Source: Malacoraja senta (Eukaryota). From it: DNA of 64,000 nt. The stretch covers positions 4,218,001-4,282,000 of the forward strand of contig CM075995.1 in NCBI GenBank assembly GCA_038087875.1. Direction: 5' to 3'. Within the stretch, counting starts at the first letter, position 1. The number at the start of each line of letters is the position of its first letter. Made by a program: the position numbers and the translations under genes. The notes under the pieces were generated by a model. The model saw only the letters and a list, made by a program, of their open reading frames with translations, did no database searches and had not been told where the DNA came from. Below, piece by piece: positions 25,654-37,604 of this stretch.

Positions 25654-26167
25654 GATATTTATCACGCTATCTCTATCAGTTAGAAAGATATATATATATA
25701 TATTTTTTTTAATTTATTAGAAGCAAATGTACAAAAATAGAACCAACGGCATATAAAATAATAGTTATTGTACAGCTTCAATTTTAACTTTTAGCTATAG
25801 TTGGAAGAAAAGAAAGGAGAAAAAGCAAGAAGGTGAAAAAGTGAGATGTGCAAAGATAGAACCCCTAGACTCCCAAAGTGGTGTAGCCAAAGAGTGAATA
25901 AATGAAAGAAAGAGAGGAATAGAAAAAAAAATAATAATAAAAGGACAAAAAGAGAAAGAAAGAAATAAGTGGTGATACACCTGCCTCTTTAGAGAAGTAT
26001 CAATGGCAACTGAAGATGACCCCCCCCCCCCCCCCCCCCAATTTTATATACCTCTCAGGAGAATGAGTGCATTAATTGTAAACCAGAAAAGGCCATCTTG
26101 TGGCATCTTATCAATCTGGATATGTGCATTTCATGATCAGACAGAGGCCCTGTTGGGATATTTACCG

Positions 26168-27230
26168 CAATGATGCCTAGGTTAGAGGGTTTTAGCTCCA
26201 GGGAGAGGTTGGACAGACTTGAATTGTTTTCTCTGGAACACTGGAGGTTGCGCGGAGACCGGACAGAAGTATAAAAAATTATAAGAGGCATAGATAGGGT
26301 AGACAGTCAGAACCTTTTTCCCTGGATGGAAAAATCAAATACTAGAAGGCATAGCTCTGAGGGGCAAAGATTGAAGGAAATGCGTGTACCAAGTTTTTTT
26401 CAAACGGAAGGTGTTGAGTGCCTGGAAGGTGCTGCCAGGTGTGGTGATTGAGGCAGATACAATGGAGGCATTTAAGAGACTTTTGGATAGGCATATAGAT
26501 ATGTCATAGAGTGATACAGTGTGGAAACAGGCCCTTCAGCCCAACTTGCCCACACCGGCCAACATGTCCCAGCTACACTAGCTCCACCTGCCTGCGTTTG
26601 GTCCATATCCCTCCAAACGTGTCATATCCATGTACCTGTCTAACTGTTTCTTAAATGTTGAGATAGCCCAGCCTCAACTACCTCCTCTGGCAGCTCGTTC
26701 CATACACCCACCACCCTTTGTGTGAAAAAGTTACCCCTCAGATTCCTATAAATCTTTTCCCCTTCACCTTGAACCTATGTCCTCTGGTCCTCGATTCCCC
26801 CACTCTGGGCAAGAGATTCTGTGCATCTACCCGATTTATTCCTCTTATGATTTTGTACACCATATTATATAATAGTGTATACACATTATAGGAATAGAAA
26901 TTGGAATGCTTTATTATCACACGTCACTAGGCACAGCAAAATTCTTTGTTTGCATACACAATGTATACAAATAACAGCCACCTACGGCGCTGATAAAGAT
27001 GTATAAAGGTGACAACAGAATATACTGTTACTGTTCAGGGTTTAATAAGAATCATTGGACTATCCACGATGCATCACCATAATGCTTCCTCAATAAACTA
27101 ACAAGATATATGGAGGGATATGGATTATGTGCAGGCAGATAAGAGTTGGTCTTGGCATCATGTCTGGCACAGACAGTGTGGGCCGAAGACCCTGTTCTCG
27201 TGCTGTACTGTTCTATGTTCTATGTTCTAT
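26168..27230. mobile_element. Nested CR1 fragments (+ strand old copy, with a - strand copy at about 26503-26862 inserted)
   Basis: CR1 ORF2 end and 3' UTR sequences on both strands. Confidence 0.75.
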
Positions 27231-27439
27231 TGTCTTTTGGACTGTCAAGATAAGGAATGGAAGAATTTAGGACAAATCCTGTGCAATCCCATCCTGATCA
27301 CCTAACCTAGGTTGGGATAGCACAGGATTTTCATTGAATTTTTTCTCTTCTTATCTTGACAGTCCAAAAGATAATAGAACATAAAACATAATTTTTCACT
27401 GGCCTAGATTCTCAACGGCAAACGCCTATATAATTAGAC

Positions 27440-27900
27440 ATTAAAGCTGGAGTAACTCAGCGGGTCAGGCAGCATCTCTAGAGAGAAGGAATAGGTGACG
27501 TTTCAGATCAAGAACCTTCTTCAGACTTGGAGAAAGGGAAACGAGAGATACAGATAAAAAGAACAAATGAAGAAAAGATCTGCAAAAAGCAATATCAAGG
27601 AAAGGTGGAGCCCACAATGGTCCATTGTTGGCTGTGGGGTAGGTGATAACAAGTGATGCAGACAGTGAAACTCACCAGGGCGACAGTGACACTAGTACGA
27701 CGAATAGGGTGGTGGTGGGTTGGAGAGAGAAGGGATGCAAGGGTTAATTGAAGTTCGAGAAGTCAATGTTCATACCGCTGGGTTGTAAGCTTGGGTGATG
27801 TTCCTCCAATTTGCGTTGGGCTTCCCTGACAGTGGAGGAGGCCCAGGACAGAGAGGTCAGTGTGGGAATGGGAAGGGGAGTTAAAGTGTTTGGCAACTGG
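27440..27900 (-). mobile_element. Penelope-like 3' fragment (GIY-YIG C-terminus + pLTR)
   Basis: RKLEEH..SLQPSGMNIDFSN; pLTR at about 27440-27527. Confidence 0.85.
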
Positions 27901-28254
27901 TACTGCTGTACTTTAACAATATCATTATAAACCATACTTTAACTCTCAATTTATCCCAAAATAACATTTCTTCCAAGTGAGATTTAATTGCATTGAAGCC
28001 TTCAAGACTATACCTGAATGCAATGAAGCAAGAGTGAGTTACTGTAATGATTATAGTGGAAGTGTTTAAGCTTGCCAGCAGCCTAGAGTCAGTAAAGTGC
28101 AATAAAAGTTCAAACTAATTGCAGAATAATGACTCCAGTGTCACCAACTGGGTCCACAGAGGTAGCGAGCTGAATAGGTCATGCAGCTCCTTAAGCTACT
28201 TATGCCATTTAATTAGATTCCAAGTAATCTGTACTTCAATGCTGTTTGTCGATT

Positions 28255-28495
28255 CAGTTCAGTTTTGTTTATTGTCACGTGTACAGTGAAAAGCTTTTGT
28301 TGCATGCTATCAAGTCAGCAGAAAGACAATACGTGATTACAATCGATCCATTGACTGCTTAAGCCAGCAAAGTCCGAACAAGGATAGTCTGAGGGTCATC
28401 AAAGAGGTAGATAGTAGTTCAGCACTGCTCTCTGACGGTGGTAGGATGATCCAGTTGCCTGATAACAGCTGTGAAGAAACTGTCCCTGAATCTGG
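28255..28495 (-). mobile_element. Rex1/Babar-like 3' end
   Basis: Matches 5625-6030. Confidence 0.75.
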
Positions 28496-28734
28496 GGCGT
28501 GCATTATTTCTTACCCTACCTAAACGGCGTGCATGTTACTGCAATGGATTTATTCAATGTGGAAACAGTAGAGTTAACAGACAAACCAGAGTGTGTTTAA
28601 GCTAATATAATGCTAAGGCAAAGCAATTCCTTGTTTCTGGTGGTGGTTTACCTACTTGAGATGATTTCTAGATTCTCCCACCAGGTGCTGGTTTATTACT
28701 ATAAAGAACCATGTTGTAAAAGGGGTCTGTTAGG

Positions 28735-30635
28735 ACATAGAACGTCGGAACAGCCAGTGCAGCACAGGAACAGGCGCTTTGGCCCATAATGTTTGTTCCG
28801 AACATGATACCTAGTTAAACTTATCTCATGGATAGGATAGGTTTGGAGGGATTTAAGCCGAATGCAGGCAGAGAGACTAGTGGAGATGGAGCATGTTGGT
28901 CGGCGTGGGCACGTTGACCCAAAGGGCCTGTTGCGACACTATGTAAAGGGCCTGCGCGACTCTTTGATTCTACGATTCGGTCTGCTTGTACATGATCCAT
29001 ACCCTCTATCCCCTGCACTCCCATGTGCCTATCTAAAAGCTTCTTAAATGCCACTATTGTATTTGCCTCCACCATCACCCCTGGCAATGCGTTCCAGGCC
29101 CCCACCAATCCCTGTGAAAAACTTGACCTGCACATCTCCATTGAACTTTCCCCCTCTCACCTAATAGCTAAGTCCCCTAATGTTGGACATTTCCTCCCTG
29201 AGAAAAAGGTTCCGACTATCTACCCTATCTGTGCCTCTCCTAATGTTATATCTATTCTTGCTTCAGCATTCTGTTCTGCCCAGACTGCCTACCCCAGCCA
29301 TTCAGCCCAATTTTCCCAAACTGACCAACACGTCACATCTACATTAGACTAACCTGCCTGCGTTTGGCCCATATCCCGCTAAACGTGTCTTACCCATGTA
29401 CCTGTCCCAATGTTCCTTAAACATTGCGATAGTCCCTGCCTCCTCCGGCAGCTCGTCCCATGCACCCAATAAATTGTTGATGAGGCACCTCCATTGGAAG
29501 TGTCCAACACTGCCTGTGAGCTGCAGGTGGGAGATGCACACAGGGACAATTCTCCTTGTCTATCTGTTGCTGAAGGTCACCATGTCCTACAGGCTCTTTC
29601 CCCGTCCACACCATCATGTCGAAAGCCCAAAAGCACCCTCACCCATGAGCCCTGTTCTGATGGGTAAGGCCTATATAAAACGGTTGTGGAGGGGATAGTT
29701 CCAGTAGTGGGAGAGTCTCGATCCAGAGGGCACAGCCTCAGAATTAGAGGACATATCTTCAGAATAGAGATGAGGAGGAATTTATTTTTCTTGAAGGTGG
29801 TGAGTATGGAATTCATTGCCACAGATGGCAGTGGAGCACAAAACATTGAATGTTTTTAAAGCAGAGATTGATAGGTTCTTGATTAATAGGGGTGTCAAAG
29901 GTTACATGGAGAAGGCAGGAGAACAGAGTTGAGAGGGAAAAATAGATCAGCCATGATCGGATAGTGGGGCAGATTCGATGGGTCGAATTGCCTAATTCTG
30001 CTCCTCTGTCTTATGATTTTATGAAAGCTTAAATAACGAATATATGCTCATGTTCATGTGATAGAAGCAGAATTAGGCCATACTCATGGCCTAATCGCCA
30101 TTCAATCATAGAGTGAAACAGCGTGGATACAGGCCCTTCGGCCCAACTTGCCCACACGAGCCAACATGTCCGAGCTACACTAGTCCCACCTGCGTGCACC
30201 CAGTCCATATCCCTCCAAACTTGTCCTATCCATGTACCTGTCTAACTTTTTCTTAAACGTTGGGATAATCCCAGCCTCAACTACCTCCTCTGGCAGCTTG
30301 TTCCATACACGCACCACCCTTTGTGTGAAAAAGTTACCCCTCAGATTCCTGTTAAATCTTTTCCCCTTCACCTTGAACTTATGTCCTCTGCTCCTCGATT
30401 CCACTACTGTGGACAAGAGATTCTGTGCATCTACCCGATCTATTCCTCTCATGATTTTATACACTCTAAAAGATCACCCCTTATCCTCCTGCGCTCCAAG
30501 GAATAGAGACCCAGCCTACTCAACCTCTCCCTATAGCTCAGACCCTCTAGTCCTGGCAACGTCCTCGTAAATCTTCTCTGAACCCTTTCAAGCTTGACAA
30601 TATCTTTCCTATAACATGGTGCCCAGAACTGAAGA
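28735..30635. mobile_element. Cluster of CR1 3' fragments on both strands
   Basis: ORFs 28821..29141, 30180..30464 and 30449..30835 (FWAPCYRKDIVKLERVQRRFTR); + strand copy at about 29690-30025. Confidence 0.8.
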
Positions 30636-30959
30636 CAATCAAGGCTGATATATTTCTCTCTCCAAACCCCTTTCTCATGCATTCTCCCCATAACCCCTGA
30701 CACCCATAGTAAACAAGACTCTATCTGGCTCTGCTCACCCCATCCACGATACATCCTGAAGAGCTCATAAAATGTTACTTCATCTTGCAAGACAATCACT
30801 TTACTTCTCTCCAAATAGTTCCCAATTGGCAACAAGCCTTAAAGTGATTGGGAATTCCATTGCGCAGCAAAGTTAGGATCTGCTCCTACAATTAAACGTT
30901 ACGTTCTTCCTAAGTAATTGACAAATGGCATTAGCTAAGACTCTGTGGTCTGATTTGGT

Positions 30960-31298
30960 AGTTTAGTTTAGTTTAGCTTAGTTTAGTTTGGTTTAGAGAT
31001 ACAGCGCGGAAACAGGCCCTTCGGACCACCGTGTCCGCACCGGCCGCGATCCCCGCACACTGACACTATCCTGCACACACCAGGGACAATTTACATTTAT
31101 ACCAAGCCAATTAACCTACAAACCTGTACGTCTTTGGAGTGTGGGAGGATAGCGAAGATCACTGAGAAAACCCATGCGGTCAGGGGGAGAAGGTACAACC
31201 TCCGTACAGACAGCACCTGCATTCGGGGTCGAACCCAGGTCTCTGGTGCTGCAAGCGCGGTAAGGCAGCAACTCTACCGCTGCGCCACTGTGCCACCG
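30960..31298 (-). mobile_element. Full-length V-SINE with (ACTAA)n tail
   Basis: tRNA-like head, V-domain and CR1-like tail. Confidence 0.9.
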
Positions 31299-31579
31299 TT
31301 AAGCCAGTGTAGGCTTCCAAATCAATTTTGCATAAAGAGTAATATCACCGGCTCTGTCTGCATACCACTGCATCTGCATAAGTGACACATCCATCATCAC
31401 ATTACCTCATGTACCAGATGGCACAAGTCAAGTGAAAAATATTTGTTTGAGTTACAGTCAGAAGGTAACATGGCACACAACATACTGCTCTGAAGGCAAT
31501 CTTATGCTCCATGTATTTTGAAAGTAATTTTCCAAAGAGGTGGGAGCGTTCACAGTCAGTGTTTATAGTTTGCAGCCAG

Positions 31580-32420
31580 GATGGTTTTCCCATTGAGAGT
31601 AGGGAAGATTCAAACAAGAGGACATGACTTGAGAATTAAGGGACAGAAGTTTAGGGGTAACATTAGGGGGAACTTCTTTACTCAGAGAGTGGTAGCTGTG
31701 TATAATGAGCTTCCAGTGGAAGTGGTGGAGGCAGGTTCGATTTTATCATTTAAAAATAGATTGGATGGGTATATGGACGAGAAAGGAATGGAGGGTTATG
31801 GTCTGAGTGCAGGTAGATGGGACTAGGGGAGAAAAAGTGTTCGGCATGGACTTGAAGGGCCGAGATGGCCTGTTTCCATGCTGTAATTGTTATATGGTTA
31901 TTATATGGTAATCTGTTGAATTCATTGCCATCGATGGTTGTGGAGGCCAGGTCAATGGATATTTTTAAGGCAGAGATTGATAGATTCTTGATTGGTACGG
32001 GTGTCAGAGGTTATGTGGAGAAGGCAGGAGAATTGGGTTGAGAGGGAAAGTTAGATCAGCCGTGATTGGATGGCGGAGTAGACTCGGTAGGCCGAATGGC
32101 CTAATTCTGCTCCTATCACTTATGAACATGAATTTATGAAAATCAAATATTAGTTTTATGGTGAGAGGGACAAAGTTTAAAGGAGATTTGCAGGGTAAGT
32201 TTGTATCTACATGATGCCTGGAATGAGCTGCCGGGGGTGGTGGCTGAAGCAAAATACGATAGTGGCATTTAATTTAATTAATTTTGGAAAATGATATTTA
32301 GATATGCAGGGAATGAAGGATATGGGTTATGTGCAGGTAGATTAGCGATGGTCTTGGCATCATGTTCAGCGGAGTCATTGTGGGCCAAAGGGACTATTCT
32401 TGTGATGTACTGTTCTATGT
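31580..32420 (+). mobile_element. Stacked CR1 3' fragments
   Basis: ORF 31581..31826 (same family as 13815-15101) followed by other CR1 tails. Confidence 0.8.
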
Positions 32421-32550
32421 TTTATTCAAATCTCATGCTTGTGAAGCCAATTCACGAGTTTACGAGTTGCTGAAAGTAAAATAATTTTCACAATTTTAAA
32501 AGGCATTTGTCTGTGCTTCTTGGATGTTCTCAATAATGTTACAGAAGGCA

Positions 32551-32749
32551 GACACAATTGCTGGAGAAACTCAGCGGGTACGGCAGCATCTATGGAGCGA
32601 AGGGAATAGGCAACGTTTCGGGCCGAAACCCTTCTTCAGCCTGAAACGTTGCCTATTTCCTTCGCTCCATAGATGCTGCCGTCCCCGCTGAGTTCCTCCA
32701 GCAATTTTGTCTACCTTCGATTTTCCAGCATCTGCAGTTCCTTCTTGAA
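32551..32749. mobile_element. Inverted pLTR/hammerhead dimer with 16-bp TSD
   Basis: AATGTTACAGAAGGCA at 32535-32550 and AATGTTATAGAAGGCA at 32750-32765; intact HHR core on the minus arm. Confidence 0.88.
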
Positions 32750-32764
32750 AATGTTATAGAAGGC

Positions 32765-33273
32765 AACATGTTATAGAAAATATATTGTCAAGCTTGAAAG
32801 GGTTTAGAGAAGATTTACGAGGATGTTGCCAGGACCAGAAGGTCTGGATTATAGGGAGAGGTTGAGTAGGCTGGGTCTCTATTCCTTGGAGCGTAAGAGG
32901 ATGAGGAGTGATCTTATAGAGGTGTACAAAATCATGAGAGGAATAGATCCGGTAGATGCACAGAATCTCTTGCCCAGAGTAAGGGAATCGAGGAGCCTTC
33001 AAGGTGAAGGGGAAAAGATTTAATAGGAATCTGAGGGGTAACCTTTTCACACAAAAGGTGGCGGGTGTATGGAACAAGCTGCCAGAGGAGGTAGTTGAGG
33101 CTGGGACTATCCCAACGTTTAAAAAACAGTTAGACAGGTACATAGATAGGACAAGTTCGGAGGGATATGGACCAAACGCAGGCAGGTGGGACTAGTGTAG
33201 CTGGGACATGTTGGCCGGTGTGGGCGTTGGGCTGACGGGCCTGTTTCCACACTGTATCACTCTATGACTCTAT
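32765..33273 (+). mobile_element. CR1 3' fragment
   Basis: ORFs 32823..33023 and 33004..33195; ACTCTATG tail. Confidence 0.9.
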
Positions 33274-33326
33274 AATGTGGGAACTCTTGTGAGAACACAA
33301 AGACAGAATTATTAAACGTCCATTAC

Positions 33327-34305
33327 CGTGCCGGCCTCCAACGCAGATATGATTTCACTCTCAATCTCTTCCAGCGGAGCCTCTTGTTCCGCAGAAATAT
33401 CCTCCAGTTCCTGATCCAGATCTTCACAATCCTCCTGTACCTGAGCTGCACCTTCCTCCTCTACAAGGTCAGCCATCTCTTCTTCGAGCTGAAAATCAGC
33501 TTCAATGTCATCGACTATCTTCTCTTCCTCCTCCAGAAGGTCTTGCGGTGGAAATTGTGTGTCATTCGGATCCTCTTCTGCTTGACCGGCACCTTCCACC
33601 TCTTGCTCCACAAGATCAGAAGGCTCTTCTTCCACCTGAAGCTCAGGTTCGCTTTCCTCAATGGTATCCTCTTCATGAGAGGGGCCCAGCTGGGGAGGAG
33701 GGCGCTTATCTTGCAGATTCCCAACTGGTTGATTCGCAATTCCCGCTGCTTGCCCTGCAAGGTCAACAACGTCTTCGTCCACTTGAATATCGGCTTTGCT
33801 TTCATCAATTATCTTCTCTACTTTGTGAGGAGGATCTTGCGGGGAAAATAATTTAGCGTTTGGACTCTCTTCCATCTGAGCTTCAACACCGTCCTTCCCC
33901 TGATTTGCAAGGCCAACGATTTTATCTTCCACCTGAGGTCCAGCTTCAATTTCTTCAATGGTCTTCCCTTTCTGAGGAAGATCCTGCGGGTGAAAACCGT
34001 CTACCTTTAGGATTCTCTCCTGGCTGGGCGGCATCTTCCACCTCTTCCTTGACCCGGTCGGCCATTTTTTTCTCTGCCCGAGGACCAGCTTCACGTGCTT
34101 TGCCTTTCTTTCCTTTGTCACGTGGATCCGCGTGCGAACGAGGATATTCTTCTGAGCGACGGGGCGTAGGGGTCTCTTCGGTGTTGAACACGTCATTACC
34201 AATCTCCTCTCCCACATTTTGGAGCCTCCCGTCTCTCTCATTGTCACTGCCTTCTTTACTCCGCTCTTGCAAGTTATCCTCCTCTTCTACAATCTCTGCA
34301 GGCCT
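33327..34305 (-). CDS. DCDC2: DCDC2 penultimate coding exon, repeat-expanded, with an apparent 1-nt frameshift at 33988-33990
   Basis: Acceptor ttcttccctcag|AGG gives RPAEIVEEED, like DCDC2 QRPAEIVDEEED; donor ACG|gtaatg at 33327; length 979 = 3n+1; ORFs 33955..34326 and 33312..34247 join if one C is removed. Confidence 0.75.
33400..34140 (-). repeat. Coding tandem repeat, about 5 diverged units of 147 bp (49 aa, acidic)
   Basis: PQD/PQL anchors at + coordinates 33540, 33687, 33834 and 33981 (exact 147-bp spacing). Confidence 0.85.
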
Positions 34306-34425
34306 CTGAGGGAAGAAAACAAACATGCAAACAATTAAACGGTCATTTCAGCCTCACTGACTGTCAGATTAAATTCCATTCAACAAATACATTTTATTAC
34401 AAAGAGCCCAATGGATACAAAATAT

Positions 34426-34578
34426 AGACACAACAAACTCAGTGGGACAGGCAGCATCTCTGGAGAGAAGGAATGGGTGACGTTTCGGGTCGAGACACCT
34501 TCTTTACCTATTCCTTCCCTCCAGAGATACTGCTTGTCTCGCTGAGTTACTCCAGCATTTTGTGTCTATCTTCAGTCC
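34426..34578. mobile_element. Inverted pLTR dimer (centre deleted) with 9-bp TSD
   Basis: ACAAAATAT at 34417-34425 and 34579-34587. Confidence 0.8.
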
Positions 34579-34776
34579 ACAAAATATGACTGCAAGAAGG
34601 TAGAAACTACTGGTAGATAATTATATATACTGTGGCATTCCTCTGTTGGCCATTTTAATGGAGGCACCTTACCTGGTAAGTTAAAGTCTCCATTAGCAGT
34701 GTGGATAGTCATTTAGGTGACCTCATCGGACTATCCTTGTTCGGACTTTGCTGCCTTTACCTTGCACTAAACGTTA

Positions 34777-35358
34777 AAGGCCTGTCTCACGAGTCTGCGG
34801 TCATTGGCGGCGAAACGGGAAGAATCTGCCGCCATAGACCGCGCACTCGTGAGAACGCACAATTCCGGGGCCGTGCGGCGTTGTTCCCAACACCGCACGG
34901 TGCTAAAATAAAACCTACACTGTTGAAAAATATTTTCCTACCGCACAGGCTCCACCAGTGATGCACGAGTGCGGCACGGCCGCCCGCATGGCCGCCGCCA
35001 GTGTGGCTCAAGCGCCGTGCGTCAAACTTGCACTGCCACAGCCTCCGCCAGTGAGGCACGTGTGCGGCACTGCCGCAGGCACAGCCACCGCTACAGCGCC
35101 GCGATCAGGACGGCCGCCGCCACAGCCGCCGCTAGTGAGTCACGTGCGGCGGGCCGACGTCATCGCAGTCGGCCCGCCCTTTTTTTTACTTACCGCAAGC
35201 ACGTGGGACCAGCCGTATTTGAATCACTCGGCCCCCGCGCAGCATCCGTGCGGCGCTCCCGTGGATAGGCTCGGCGCTCTCGCCGTTGCCGTGCAGTCTA
35301 CTCTACAGGCGAAGCCGCACTTCACCGCCGATGACCGCAAACACGTAAGACAGAGCCT
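34777..35358. mobile_element. GC/CpG-rich PIF/Harbinger-type MITE
   Basis: TTA|AAGGCCTGTCTCACG...CGTAAGACAGAGCCT|TTA, inserted in a LINE-tail fragment. Confidence 0.75.
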
Positions 35359-35492
35359 TTAATATCATCAATGGCAGCATGGATTGGGATAGACAGTTTT
35401 TTGTCAGAATGTGAAGGAGTATGGAACCATGCCCTTAGGCAGAGTTATGTTACACCGTGATCTAACCAAATGGCAAACGGTATGGGTTTATG

Positions 35493-35797
35493 GGGGCAGT
35501 AGAGTTGCTGTCTTACAGCACCAGAGTCCTGGGTTCGATACTGACTACGGGTGCTGTCTGCAGGTAGTTTGTATGTTCTCCCCGTGACCACGTGGGTTTT
35601 CTCCGGATGCTCCGCTTTCCTCACCACACTCCAAAGACGCATAGGTTCATAGGTTAATTAGCTTTGGTAAGAATTGTAAATTGTAACTTGTCCCCAGTGT
35701 CTAGGATAGTGCTAGTGTACGGGGATCACTGGTCGGCGCGGAATCAGTTGGCCAAAGGGTCTTTTACCGTGCTGTATCTTCAAACTAAACTAAACTT
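35493..35797 (+). mobile_element. V-SINE
   Basis: Head, V-domain and (AAACT)n tail. Confidence 0.88.
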
Positions 35798-36171
35798 AAT
35801 GGCTGAATGCCCATATTCAACTTTGTTCCTAAGATGCTCCATCCTCAAAGAACGTGAGGGCAGACATGGAAGTAAAAATTGGTCTATCCTTGCAGGGGTG
35901 AAAGTAGTAGGAACTTTGGGCAGCAAGGTAAAAACTTTAGCAAGTAAAATCGTGGAAAGCTCAAAAATCAAATGCAGTAAAACATGAAGGCAGCTGAGTG
36001 GGAAAGAGTGAGAGTTACCAGAGGCCAGAAGGCGCTGCTTTTTTTTTAATGATACGCACTGGTACAACGGCCCCTCTCAAAAGATGATGTGTGTGAAGGA
36101 ACAAGAGCCATGAATACCTTGTGTCTATTTTCACAAATCAGGGTAACAATTAGGACAATATACAAGAGGAG

Positions 36172-36482
36172 GTGGTGCGGTGGTGCGGTGGCGCACCGGC
36201 AGAGTTTCTGCCTTACAGCGCCGGGGTCTCAAGTTCGTTCCTGACTACAGGTGCTTGTCTGTACGGAATTTGTTCGTCCTCCCCGTGACCGCCTGGGTTT
36301 TCTCCGGGAGCTCTGGTTTCCTCCCACACTCCAAACACGTCCAGGTTTGCAGGTTTTGGTAAAATTGTAAATTGTCCCATGTGTGTGTAAGGATGGCGTT
36401 AATGTGCGGGGATCGTTGGTCGGCACGGACGCAGTGGGCCAAGTGGCCCGTTGCCGCGCTGTATCACTAAACTAAAACTAAA
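36172..36482 (+). mobile_element. V-SINE
   Basis: Head, V-domain and tail. Confidence 0.88.
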
Positions 36483-37374
36483 GGAGAAAGATAGGATGTA
36501 ATGAACACAGTGAGATAGAAAATATGAAGGGGTTATGTAACCTTTGAAGGAGCATTAAAAGAATGCTCAATAAGCAGGCCCACTATACATTAAATAGTAG
36601 ATAATACACATCAAGAGGAAGGAGCAACATGTCTATTAATAAGTAGACGCAAAATGCTGGAGAAACTCAGCGGGAGAGGCAGCATCTATGGAGAGAAGGG
36701 GGTGCTTTTGTCAGAACCTTTTTACCAGCATGGAAATGTCAAAGACTAGTGGGAATAGCTTTACGGAGCGAGGGACAAATGTAAAGGAGATGTGCGGGGC
36801 AAGTATTTTTACACAGAGGGCGACGAGTGACTGGAACGCACTGGCAGGGGTGGTGGTGGAGGCAGATATCACAGTGGTTTTTAGATCGGCACATGGATAT
36901 GCAGAGAATGGATGGGTATGTATCATGTGCATGCAGATAAGATTGATTTATTGTGGCATCATGTTCGGCACAGACATTGTGGGCCGAAGGGCCTGTTCCT
37001 GTGCTTAACTGTTCTGTGTTCCACGATCTAGATACGGTGACAGATAAAAATAACAAAGTGCAGGAAGGAACTATGGATGCTGGTTAATACCGAAGAAAGA
37101 CACATAATGCTGGAGTAAGTGGGCCAGGGCCTTAACTCTCTTTTGAAAACATCCAGTGAATTGGCCTCCACTGCCTTCTGTGGCAGAGAATCCCACAGAT
37201 TCACAACACAAAATACTTAAGTATAGTTACACAAAAAGTTACGCAAAACTTCTACAAAGAGAGTGATTTTCATCAGGCCATTTGAAGTTTTGTGCAGATT
37301 AGGATAAGCAGAGTAGCTCACATCAGAAAGGTAATGAATTTCTCGAGTGTGTTCAAAAAAGATATCTGCAGTAA

Positions 37375-37604
37375 GTGTAGGTAGGAAGGAACTGCAGATG
37401 TTAGTTTAGATCAAAGATAGACGCAAAATGCTGGAGTAACTCAGCGGGCCAGACAGCATTCTTTTGGGTCGAGACCCTTCTTCAGACTCCGTCACAGGGA
37501 GACTCCGTCTGAAGAAGGGTCTCGACCCAAAATGTCACCTATTCCTTTTCTCCAGAAATGCTGTCTGACCCGCTGAGTTACTCCATCTTTTTGTATTTAG
37601 CTTC
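37375..37604. mobile_element. Inverted pLTR/hammerhead dimer with 15-bp TSD
   Basis: AGATATCTGCAGTAA at 37360-37374 and AGATATTTGCAGTAA at 37605-37619. Confidence 0.88.

Noticed and set aside
34003..34005. Alternative donor AAAG|gtagac that would avoid the frameshift
   Set aside because: It is phase 1, so splicing to 19264 gives an immediate stop, and it leaves the downstream open repeats unexplained
33312..34247. 311-aa ORF as a stand-alone intronless gene
   Set aside because: Its N-terminal part is the off-frame reading of the RPAEIV exon; repeat periodicity and splice sites favour a single frameshifted DCDC2 exon
34701..35362. GC-rich overlapping ORFs
   Set aside because: Stop-poor GC-rich MITE interior with no protein motifs
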